Assembly (NCBI GenBank): GCA_051003155.1
Contig: JBPCLO010000027.1
Span: 21,326-85,325 of the forward strand
Direction of reading: 5' to 3'
Length of the DNA stretch: 64,000 nucleotides
From: Fimbriimonadales bacterium
Lineage (GTDB): Bacteria; Armatimonadota; Fimbriimonadia; Fimbriimonadales; ATM1
Every line of letters starts with the position of its first letter. Positions within the stretch are counted from its first letter, which is position 1. Made by a program: the position numbers and the translations under genes. The notes beneath the pieces were generated by a model. The model saw only the letters and a program-made list of their open reading frames with translations. It did not search any database and had not been told where the DNA came from. Of this stretch, positions 54,863-63,092 are shown one piece after another.

Positions 54863-55782
54863 TTCGCTGACCGCTTTCGCCTATATGCGTCGATATGGTT
54901 CTTGATAATAAATATGGACTGTCTCGTGAACAGCATCGCTCGGGCCGCGACGAGGGCAAACGGGCGGAGCAGGGCATTCGTCTTTGGCAAATAATGCTTC
55001 CGGTAGAAAAGCATCATGCTCTCGTGAAACTGACGAATCATTCTGTTCGCGACTCGGTCCGTGCTGCGACCGATCGCATGGGTGATCACCGCCTCCGGAT
55101 AGTAAACGACGCGATAGCCTTTCTCATGTGCTCGGTAGCAAATGTCCACGTCCTCCAAATACATGAAAAACTGCTCGTCGAAGCCACCGTTTTGAATGTA
55201 AAGCCTCCTAGTCATCGTAAGCGCGGCTCCACTCACCCAATCCACATCGCGAGCCTCGCTGTGCGGCCAGTCGCTCATAAGGTAATCGCGCGTAAACCTG
55301 TTGTTCGGAAAAAGTTTTCCCAAGGGCGTGTTTCGGAAAAGCGCAGCCACAGGCGTCGGAAATCTGCGGCAACTCATCTGCAAGGTGCCCTCCGGATCGA
55401 GCAATTTGGGGCCGACGATCCCTATCGAAGCGTCGCTATCCATAAATCGGATTATTTTTTCGATCGCAGTTGCGTGCACGATCGTGTCCGAATTAAGAGC
55501 CATCAGCAACCGGGCGTCCGATTGGGCGAACGCGTAGTTGTGGCCCTTTCCGAACCCTAAGTTCTCGTGGAGAGCGAACATCCTAACCCAGCCAAACTCT
55601 TCCGCAACCATTTTCGCGCTGCCATCATCGCTGGCGTTATCTATGACAACGACCTCGAAACTTCCCTCCCCACGCGCCGCTTCGAGGCTCTGAAGACACA
55701 CCCTTAAATCTGGGAGCGTGTTCCAACTGCAGATCGTGACGCTAAGGTCTATATCCTGCATTCCATCCTCGCGCGCGAACAA
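54859..55782 (-). CDS. Family 2 glycosyltransferase
   Basis: LSVTICSWNTLPDLRVCLQSL...VVVIDNASDDGSAKMV and YLEDVDICYR are present. The gene has an ATGA overlap with the downstream ligase-like gene. Confidence 0.88.
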   Translation of the reverse strand: MFAREDGMQDIDLSVTICSWNTLPDLRVCLQSLEAARGEGSFEVVVIDNASDDGSAKMVAEEFGWVRMFALHENLGFGKGHNYAFAQSDARLLMALNSDTIVHATAIEKIIRFMDSDASIGIVGPKLLDPEGTLQMSCRRFPTPVAALFRNTPLGKLFPNNRFTRDYLMSDWPHSEARDVDWVSGAALTMTRRLYIQNGGFDEQFFMYLEDVDICYRAHEKGYRVVYYPEAVITHAIGRSTDRVANRMIRQFHESMMLFYRKHYLPKTNALLRPFALVAARAMLFTRQSIFIIKNHIDAYRRKRSAK

Positions 55783-56599
55783 GAGCGCCTAACCAAACGA
55801 TTCCGCTGAACAGGACCAAGAGTGGCGTAGACCACCATGTCTGATACCATTTCCAATAATAACGAATCAGGCTCCTATGAGACTCCCAGATCATGGATTT
55901 CGGAATTTGCTTCGTGCTCGCGCCGCCGTGATGAATTAACTGAACTTCCGGCGAATACCAAATTGTCCATCCGGCGCTCTTCAGTCGAAACAAAATATCC
56001 ACGTCGTTGAAAAAAATCGGAAATCTCTCATCCATAAGACCGACATCGTTCAACGCCGATTTCCTGAATAAAAGGAAACTGCCCATAGGCTGCTCGGCCT
56101 CACCTTCAAGCGAGTAGTCGAAGTCCAGTTGCCGGTAGCCGCCGAACTGCCTGGGCAGGACCTTCGCCAAGCCGAACATTTCCGGAAGGATCGCGCCAGG
56201 AGTCGGAAATCTGCGCATGCTATGCTGCACTGTCTTTTGGTTCGGCTCCAGCAGCTTTCCTGCCAAAACGCCGGCGCCTTTGCGCCCCTTCATGAAATCA
56301 ACCGCAGTTTGCAGAGAGTCGTCGAAAAACTCCGTATCAGCGTTCAATGTCAGCTGCCATTCCCCCTTGGCCATGACGAATGCGATGTTGTTTCCCGCCG
56401 CATACCCGAGGTTCTTGTCTGAGGCTTCTAGCTCAACCCAAGGAAACTCGGCCCGCACCATCTCGGCCGAACCGTCTTTGCTCGCATTGTCGACGACCAC
56501 GACCTGCAGTGGCGCGTTCGGCGGATGCTCCGCGATCGACCGCAGACATCGCTTCAGGTACTCGCACGTGTTCCAATTGACGATCAAGATGCTGAGCAT
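55742..56599 (-). CDS. Family 2 glycosyltransferase (paralogue of the neighbouring gene)
   Basis: MLSILIVNWNTCEYLKRCLRSI...VVVVDNASKDGSAEMV and FFNDVDILFR are present. Confidence 0.88.
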   Translation of the reverse strand: MLSILIVNWNTCEYLKRCLRSIAEHPPNAPLQVVVVDNASKDGSAEMVRAEFPWVELEASDKNLGYAAGNNIAFVMAKGEWQLTLNADTEFFDDSLQTAVDFMKGRKGAGVLAGKLLEPNQKTVQHSMRRFPTPGAILPEMFGLAKVLPRQFGGYRQLDFDYSLEGEAEQPMGSFLLFRKSALNDVGLMDERFPIFFNDVDILFRLKSAGWTIWYSPEVQLIHHGGASTKQIPKSMIWESHRSLIRYYWKWYQTWWSTPLLVLFSGIVWLGALVRARGWNAGYRP

Positions 56600-56704
56600 G
56601 AAATCTGCGCGACGTTTGTAATGACTTTATACCGGGGTGCAACGATTGACGATAATTTGCGGCCTCCGAAAGGGATTCTCGAGCCCGTATGCGAAGTATA
56701 AATC

Positions 56705-57502
56705 ATGCTGCGCTTCATGGGCGCTGCGTTGATCGCTTTAATGGGGTGTAACGCGACTGTGGAAAAGGTACAAAAGGGCGTGACACGAATGGATGAAAAG
56801 AGGTCTGCAGCCAAAGCGGTCAAATCGGCCGAAGTTGAATTGAAGGCGTCGGACGGCAAGCGCGTAGTCGCTGACCTTTACACGACGGCCGGACGCTCGA
56901 GCGTGATCCTTCTGCTCTTCCACCAAGCTCGCTCGAGCGCCGCCGAGTACGCGCCAATCGCGCCGCGCCTCGTCGCCGAAGGCTACGACTGCCTCGCCAC
57001 CGACCAGCGATCGGGTGGCGACATGTATGAGCCCGCGAACCGCGTCGGTAGCCCCGGAGCACCCTACATGGCAGCGTATCCCGACATGCTCGGAGCGCTT
57101 GCGTGGGCTAAGGCGAAGGATTACAAAACGATCGTCGCCTGGGGAAGCAGCTACAGCGCGTCTCTGGCCATGAAACTGGCCACTCAGCACGCGGAGGTCG
57201 ATGCGGTACTCGCCTTTTCGCCCGGTGAGTATTTCGATGCGCTGACGACCGTGAAAAACTGGAACATGAAGGTTCAGGTTCCGACGTTCATGGCGATGAC
57301 GCCCGAAGAAGGCGAAGAGGGCGGGCTGCTCCTTTACGAAGCGTCTTCACACTCTGAGGCGCGCAAGCACTCGGACATGTTCGTCTCTTTCCCTGACGGT
57401 GTTCACGGCTCGTCTACCCTTCGCGAGGACAAGAACCCCAAGAGCTACAAGAAATACTTCCAGGCAGCAATTAGTTTTTTGAAGGCGAACGCTTCACCGT
57501 AA
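56705..57502 (+). CDS. Alpha/beta hydrolase lipoprotein
   Basis: It has a lipobox (LMGC) and a nucleophile-elbow-like VAWGSSYSASLA. Its size and pattern are dienelactone-hydrolase/S33-like. Confidence 0.65.
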   Translation: MLRFMGAALIALMGCNATVEKVQKGVTRMDEKRSAAKAVKSAEVELKASDGKRVVADLYTTAGRSSVILLLFHQARSSAAEYAPIAPRLVAEGYDCLATDQRSGGDMYEPANRVGSPGAPYMAAYPDMLGALAWAKAKDYKTIVAWGSSYSASLAMKLATQHAEVDAVLAFSPGEYFDALTTVKNWNMKVQVPTFMAMTPEEGEEGGLLLYEASSHSEARKHSDMFVSFPDGVHGSSTLREDKNPKSYKKYFQAAISFLKANASP

Positions 57503-59063
57503 CCCGCAAGTACTCCTCACCCTTCATCGCCAAAAACGAGAAGGCCCCTGACGCGTCGATAGACGGGACGCCGGCCCATACGAGCGAATCGTAACGCTTA
57601 CCTTCGACACCCCCGATCACCGGGAACCATTTGTCGTCCCGTTTCGCCAACATGCACAGATTGCGGCTACCCGGATCGAAATCCATGAAACCCGAGTCGT
57701 CGAACTCGCCCCTGATCGCGCCGTCTTCGACAAGCACCACGCCTTTGCCTTTAGGCCCAACGCTGGCCAGCTTTTTGCTGTCGGGGCTAAACACAACCGC
57801 AACCTGATCACTATCGTAAGCTGGCCCTTTCACTCCGTCCACATACAGGGACCAGACTCCGCCTTCTCTTGCCACCACCGCCAGCCTGCGCCCATCGTGA
57901 GAAAACTGCGCAGTCCGAACAGCTTCGAATGATTTCGCTATTCCGTCGACCACGAGGTTTTCCCCGGCAAGCTTTCCCGAGTAGACGAGCCGCCGCCCGG
58001 CGGGTGCGAATCTCGGCCACATGCCCACGTCCGTATACTCTTGGCTGCGCTTCCCATCGTGGACAACGAAGCGCTTGAGACTCTTCTCAGCGACGAAGGC
58101 AGTCGACGATCCGTCGTGGCTGAACACGGGGTCGCTCACCCAGTCGAACACATCCCCCGCAACATCGTCGATCACGACGAACGATCCGGCCGCCTGACGA
58201 ACCACGAAAACCACCTTTCCACCTGGGGTGAACTTGTAGCTGTTTTCCGATATGGGACCGTGACGCTTGCTCTCCTTGCCGTCGACGACCAAGAAGCTGC
58301 CCGTGCCGTCGGACGCCCGGTGGAGCACGCGTTTGTAGTCTGGGCTGAAAACGATGTTATTGCCAACACCGTCGTACGGCCGGCTGGGTTTGCCGTCGAT
58401 CCAAACCACCCACTTGTCGCCGACCTTCGCGACGTCGTAGGTTCTGCCGCCATCTCCGCCGAAATCGGGGTGCCCGTGGTAATCTGCCTCGGGTACCTCG
58501 ACACCGTCGACGACGGCGAACGCCTTTCCACCACGGCTAGAACGGTAGAGCAATCGTTTGCTATCGGGACTGAACATCGGACGGAAGCTATCCACCGAGT
58601 CGAACCCCCGGCCCTCGACCCCGTCCGATACACAGAACTCTTGCTTGCCGCGAGTCGCGAAATATGCGAGCCGCTTGCCGTCGGGGCTAAAAGTCGGGGC
58701 GCCGATACTTATGTGGTCGTAGACCTTCCCTTCTCCGCCTTTCCGAACAACGACATACTTCGGGCCTTTCCGCGCAACATACGCGACGTCACGGCTGTCC
58801 GGACTGAAAGTGATCTGATCCTGAATACCCGCTTCGGTCAGCGCTGCGCGGGGGATCGAGTCGTAAAGCGTCCCGGGCACACCGTCGGCCACGACACACT
58901 CCTTTCCTCCTCGAACGTCGGTAAAGGCGATGTGATTTCCATCCGGGCTAACGGCGAAGCTGTACTTGGCCTGCCCCGGTGTCGTCAACCCCAAGGAAAC
59001 CTCGGTCGTCTGGACTTGCGCCTGACCGATCAGTAGTTGAAACAGAACGACCACCGCTATCAT
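57471..59063 (-). CDS. WD40-like beta-propeller repeat protein (TolB C-terminal-like)
   Basis: It contains repeated FSPDGKRLAY / FSPDSKRLLY / FSPDYKRVLH / FSHDGRRLAV / FSPDSKKLAS blades. The track start (59387) runs antisense through the BON gene. ATG 59063 gives a signal-like MIAVVVLFQLLIGQAQ. Confidence 0.8.
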   Translation of the reverse strand: MIAVVVLFQLLIGQAQVQTTEVSLGLTTPGQAKYSFAVSPDGNHIAFTDVRGGKECVVADGVPGTLYDSIPRAALTEAGIQDQITFSPDSRDVAYVARKGPKYVVVRKGGEGKVYDHISIGAPTFSPDGKRLAYFATRGKQEFCVSDGVEGRGFDSVDSFRPMFSPDSKRLLYRSSRGGKAFAVVDGVEVPEADYHGHPDFGGDGGRTYDVAKVGDKWVVWIDGKPSRPYDGVGNNIVFSPDYKRVLHRASDGTGSFLVVDGKESKRHGPISENSYKFTPGGKVVFVVRQAAGSFVVIDDVAGDVFDWVSDPVFSHDGSSTAFVAEKSLKRFVVHDGKRSQEYTDVGMWPRFAPAGRRLVYSGKLAGENLVVDGIAKSFEAVRTAQFSHDGRRLAVVAREGGVWSLYVDGVKGPAYDSDQVAVVFSPDSKKLASVGPKGKGVVLVEDGAIRGEFDDSGFMDFDPGSRNLCMLAKRDDKWFPVIGGVEGKRYDSLVWAGVPSIDASGAFSFLAMKGEEYLRVTVKRSPSKN

Positions 59064-59135
59064 GACTCCATTATGCGCGAGCCGGTAAAATGTCCAAGCC
59101 GGCAGCAAATCGCTGCCATAGGAGGCATCTAGGTT

Positions 59136-59510
59136 ATGAAGAAATATATTGCTATCGGAGCAGCACTGCTCATCGCCGGAAGCATCATCGGATGTAAGAA
59201 GGAAGACACCGACGCCGGCAAGGATCCGGGCGCGGTCGTCAAGGACACAATCGACGCGGCAACGCCAGACTTCAGCACAGACGCCACGCTCACCTCGACG
59301 GTCATCCCCGCCATCACCACGGCCATTTCCACCGCAGTGGGCACCGAAGGTGAAGTGACCGTAGAAGCCATGGACAAGGTCATCCACTTGAAGGGCACCG
59401 TCGCCAACAACGATCTAAAGCGCAGCGCTGAAACCGCAGCCAAGGATGCGCTCATGAAGATGAACGCCCCCGCCGAGGTCACGGTCAACAACGCCTTGAT
59501 GGTCAAGTAA
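59136..59510 (+). CDS. BON-domain lipoprotein (OsmY-like)
   Basis: It has a lipobox (IIGC) and the BON pattern VEAMDKVIHLKGTVANNDLKRSAETAAKDA...VTVNNALMV. Confidence 0.75.
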   Translation: MKKYIAIGAALLIAGSIIGCKKEDTDAGKDPGAVVKDTIDAATPDFSTDATLTSTVIPAITTAISTAVGTEGEVTVEAMDKVIHLKGTVANNDLKRSAETAAKDALMKMNAPAEVTVNNALMVK

Positions 59511-59524
59511 GGAGGACAAGACAA

Positions 59525-59863
59525 ATGCCATACACGATCAACGGTTTAGAACAGACCATTCCCAACCCCCAGATGAAGGACGGGACGACGTTCGTCCCAC
59601 TTGCCGACGTTTCCGACACGCTTGGCGGCTATGTGGACTTCGACCATGAGAGCAAGACAGCCAATGTCGAGCTCGGCGCTAAGAAAGCAAAGGTGACAGC
59701 GAACGACATTTCCGTAGAATCCGGAGGTGCAACGATTTCGCTGCAGGCCGCTCCGTACATCGAGAACGACACCATGTGGGTCCCCGTCCGATTCTTCCAG
59801 CATGTCTTCGACTGCGAACTGAACGTGGACGGAGACAATGTTTCGATCAAGAGACCTTTGTAG
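59525..59863 (+). CDS. Copper-amine-oxidase N-terminal (stalk) domain-like protein
   Basis: DGTTFVPLADVSDTLGGYVDFD...NDTMWVPVRFFQHVF matches the stalk-domain pattern (g.tyVPLR.vaeaLGa.V.wd ... g.tyVPlRfi.e.l). Confidence 0.6.
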   Translation: MPYTINGLEQTIPNPQMKDGTTFVPLADVSDTLGGYVDFDHESKTANVELGAKKAKVTANDISVESGGATISLQAAPYIENDTMWVPVRFFQHVFDCELNVDGDNVSIKRPL

Positions 59864-59961
59864 GCTCGTCCTAATGCCGCGGGTGTCTTCCATGGAACCC
59901 GCGGCATTCTCGTACCTGGCCGAAGCACAACTCAAAGGCGGAACCGAATGTGTCTGAACGC

Positions 59962-60816
59962 ATGCTTCTGAAATCGATCAATTACTGGTCCATGCCGGGC
60001 GGCCTCGAGGGGACGCTCGAAGTAGTCGAGTTCATGCGCCTCGCGAAGGAGCACCGCTTCGAGGCGGTCGAGCTCGCCATCGGCGAGTCCGGAGCGCTCG
60101 GGCTCGACACCGACGAAGCCAAATGCCGCGCCATCCTGGCCGAGGCCGAAAAGATCGGAATCCAGGTCGCAAGCGTCGCCAGCGGGCTCTACTGGAATCG
60201 ATCGCTCGGAGATGTTGACGAGCGGGCCTGCTCGCAGGCCCTGGAAGAACTGAAGAAGATGCTCCAAATCACGTCCTGGCTCGGATGCAAAACCCTCCTC
60301 ACGATCCCGGGCTCCGTCGACGTTTTCTTCATGCCGGAACGTGCCCCGCTGCTCTACGCGCACGTGTGGCGATATGCCCAAGAGGGCCTGAAGGCAGCGC
60401 TTCCAACCGCCGAGGCGTGCGAAGTGCGCATGGGCATCGAGAACGTTTGGAACAAGTTCCTCATGAGCCCGATCGAAGTCGCGACGTTCATCGACCAATT
60501 CCAAAGCCCCTGGGTCGGCGCCTACGTCGACGTCGGCAACGTCCTCGCCTTCGGATACCCGCAACAATGGCTCAGGGTCCTTGGCAAACGGGTCGTGGGT
60601 ATCCACTTCAAAGACTACCGCAAAAACGTCGGAACTGTCGACGGTTTCGTCGACCTCTTAGAAGGCGACGTGGATTGGCCGGAGGTGATGTCTGCGGTCG
60701 CCGAGATCGGATACGAGGGCCCGATCGCGGCTGAAATGATCCCCGGCTACAAACACCACCCGATGGTGCGCATCGCAAACACCTCGAACGCGATGGACGC
60801 GATCCTGGCCCGATAG
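59962..60816 (+). CDS. Sugar phosphate isomerase/epimerase (xylose-isomerase-like TIM barrel)
   Basis: FEAVELAI, MGIENVWNKF, YVDVGNV and GYEGPIAAEM are typical motifs. The track start at 59950 is a GTG four codons upstream. Confidence 0.8.
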   Translation: MLLKSINYWSMPGGLEGTLEVVEFMRLAKEHRFEAVELAIGESGALGLDTDEAKCRAILAEAEKIGIQVASVASGLYWNRSLGDVDERACSQALEELKKMLQITSWLGCKTLLTIPGSVDVFFMPERAPLLYAHVWRYAQEGLKAALPTAEACEVRMGIENVWNKFLMSPIEVATFIDQFQSPWVGAYVDVGNVLAFGYPQQWLRVLGKRVVGIHFKDYRKNVGTVDGFVDLLEGDVDWPEVMSAVAEIGYEGPIAAEMIPGYKHHPMVRIANTSNAMDAILAR

Positions 60817-60912
60817 TCCTCGATACCGAATTGTCCGTGCGCCGTTCGTGCAAAATCCCATCATCATTGTAGCAAGAGTGCAATTGAAATAACAAAGAAA
60901 TAGGTGGGAACA

Positions 60913-61503
60913 ATGAGGACTTCGTTTCTCGTTACCTACGCGCTAGCGCTTTCTTGCGCCGCTTCCGCGCAAATTTGGACCGAAGAGGGGGACGCCGGTA
61001 TGCTGCCGGGTACCGCTCAATTTACGATTGGTTCGGGCCCACTTACTCAGATCGATGGCAACTTGGCGCCGACCGACATCGATCTCTACACCATCATGGT
61101 CGTGAACATCGCGAAGTTCTCGGCGACGAAGACGGGAACCGGATCCGAGTACGTGCAGCTCATGCTTTTCCAGATGGACGGAATGGGCGTCACGCTCTAT
61201 TCGACCGTCCCTGGTGGGGAGTCGCACATAGCGGTCATCACCGGACAGTTCGTCGATGCCAAGGGCCAGTACTTGCTAGGCATTTCCTATTGGAACAACG
61301 ACCCCCGGAGTTCGAGCGGCAATATCTGGCTAAGCGACCCATACTATGAAGAACGTGAACCGGACGGCCTCGGAGCCGCTGATCCCCTCGTGAAGTGGGA
61401 GCTCAACGACAAACCGGAATTCGATTACTCGATCGTCTTGACCGGTACCGAGTACTCCGGCGTTCCCGAGCCCGGAACGATGATCTGTCTCGCGGCGGCC
61501 TAG
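60913..61503 (+). CDS. PEP-CTERM protein (EEGDAG...DIDLY domain) whose sorting-signal tail is out of frame
   Basis: It has a signal peptide, and EEGDAGMLPGTAQ...LAPTDIDLYTI. It ends ...GVPEPGTMICLAAA-TAG. The missing GLVGLVARRRRR-stop is encoded in the adjacent frame, 61497-61535. Confidence 0.75.
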   Translation: MRTSFLVTYALALSCAASAQIWTEEGDAGMLPGTAQFTIGSGPLTQIDGNLAPTDIDLYTIMVVNIAKFSATKTGTGSEYVQLMLFQMDGMGVTLYSTVPGGESHIAVITGQFVDAKGQYLLGISYWNNDPRSSSGNIWLSDPYYEEREPDGLGAADPLVKWELNDKPEFDYSIVLTGTEYSGVPEPGTMICLAAA

Positions 61504-61630
61504 TGGGCCTTGTTGCCCGACGACGAAGGCGATAGAGCAGCCGCACTTAATCGTGTAAATGGAAATCCGCTTCTTTCAAGGCGGGTTTCCATTTCCAATC
61601 TATGAGCCTCGACTTGTGCCATAACCGAGG

Positions 61631-62269
61631 ATGCTTCGATTCGTAGGCACATCGTTCACGGCCGCGCTGCTGCTCGCGGGCGCAAATTCTCAATTCCCGG
61701 GGATGATGGATCCCGAGGCGATGTTCACATCGCCCTTTATGCTGATCCAAAACCCCGACGTCCAGAAGGCAATCAAGCTCGACAAAGCGCAAAAGGCTGA
61801 GCTCAAGATGATCCAAGACGAACTCGGGGCCCTCAGCAAGAGAGCGCAAAGCGGAGCCCAAGACCCCGCGGCAGCGATGGGGTTCATGAAGGAATTCGAC
61901 AAGTTTCAGGAGGACGCAGGCAACCGCATGATCGCGACGATGGACCCGGTCCAAAAGCAGCGGTTCGGCGAAATTAGAATTCAAGTCCGCGGCGCCACAG
62001 CGCTCGCTGATCCTGCCGTCCAAGCCGACCTTGGGTTCGCCGAAGAACAAAGAGCCGCGGTATCGGAGCACATGCGCGCCGAGCGCAAAGGCATGATGGA
62101 CAACCTCCAACAAACCAAAACCCGAAACAAGTGGAAGAAGGAACGTCCCCTTCGCGACGCAGGCCTGTTGAAAATCCTCACTCCAGAACAGTCCGCCAAG
62201 TTCGCCCAAATGTACGGCTCCGTCTTCAAAGCCGCGAAGAAAATCCGCAAAGGCGCGGGCATAGAGTAG
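61631..62269 (+). CDS. Periplasmic LTXXQ-repeat protein (Spy/CpxP-like)
   Basis: It has a signal peptide and repeated x-x-x-Q motifs in helical context: LDKAQKAEL, MDPVQKQRF, FAEEQRAAV and LTPEQSAKF. The longer antisense ORF looks like a composition artefact. Confidence 0.65.
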   Translation: MLRFVGTSFTAALLLAGANSQFPGMMDPEAMFTSPFMLIQNPDVQKAIKLDKAQKAELKMIQDELGALSKRAQSGAQDPAAAMGFMKEFDKFQEDAGNRMIATMDPVQKQRFGEIRIQVRGATALADPAVQADLGFAEEQRAAVSEHMRAERKGMMDNLQQTKTRNKWKKERPLRDAGLLKILTPEQSAKFAQMYGSVFKAAKKIRKGAGIE

Positions 62270-62512
62270 CCTCCCACCGAGCCTCTCGTTCTGAACCCCT
62301 TTCCTCTGTTTTCGCGACAAATACTCCCGCCAGCCGCCATCAGTCATCGCGAGTAAATGGAGGAAAGGGCAGGGGATGGAGCCAGCGTGCCCCAACAACA
62401 CCTTAACAATGAGCACAGCCGCGCCCGAACCATCCGAGCGACTTACAGCGTAATTGCGGATACGGCTCAAAAGAGCATTGGCCGACCTTATCCTTGGGAG
62501 GACCACCCACAA

Positions 62513-63003
62513 ATGAACATCACAATCCTCGGCGCAATTGCCGCCGCAACCCTTTTGGCTTCCCCCGATCGATTCGGGCCTGGGCCGTCGGAGAAGCTAC
62601 GACTCCGTTCCACCCTACCCATGTGTCCGGCCCCGATAAGGGCACCAAAAACTGCCCGCCCTGCACCTACGGCAATCGCCCCGCGGTCCAGGTTTGGGTG
62701 AACGGCGACGACATGAAGATCGTCAACTCGATCGCCAAGCTCCTACACGAGTCCGTCGAAGCCAACAAAGCCGCAGAGCTCAAGGGCTATTTGTAATCTT
62801 TGTCGACGGCCAGGCCGAGGCGAAACGCTCGCCAAAGAAACGGGCTACGAGGACATCGCCGCCTACAAGATCAACGTCGACCCCGAGGTCAAGAACACGA
62901 TCCTCGTCTATAAGGACAAGAAGGTATCCGCCAAGTTCGTGAATCTCGTCGCCGACGGAGAAGGGCCTCGCGGAGCTTTCCGGGGCTATCAGATCCATCG
63001 CTA
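62513..63003 (+). pseudogene. Secreted CPPC thioredoxin-fold-like protein gene broken by three frameshifts
   Basis: A GGGAGGA Shine-Dalgarno plus the signal peptide MNITILGAIAAATLLAS are in frame 2. AVGEATTPFHPTHVSGPDKGTKNCPPCTYGNRPAVQVWVNG...AELKGY is in frame 1. VIFVDGQAEA is in frame 0. ETLAKETGYEDIAAYKINVDPEVKNTILVYKDKKVSAKFVNL...HR-stop is in frame 2. Confidence 0.65.
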
Positions 63004-63092
63004 ACTCAGACTGAAGACGGAGGCCTGGAGACCGCGTCGCTCTCGGACTCCAAGCTTCGCTATCTTTCGCATACACTACGCTTGCCTTTTTC

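Noticed and set aside
58041-59036. 331-aa plus-strand ORF opposite the beta-propeller gene
   Set aside because: It is antisense to a gene with regular FSPDG/FSPDS propeller repeats, so it is a composition artefact.
61547-62512. 321-aa minus-strand ORF overlapping the LTXXQ-repeat gene
   Set aside because: The plus-strand ORF has a signal peptide and repeated LTXXQ-like motifs. The longer antisense ORF is Leu/Arg/Gly/His-rich with no domain-like features.
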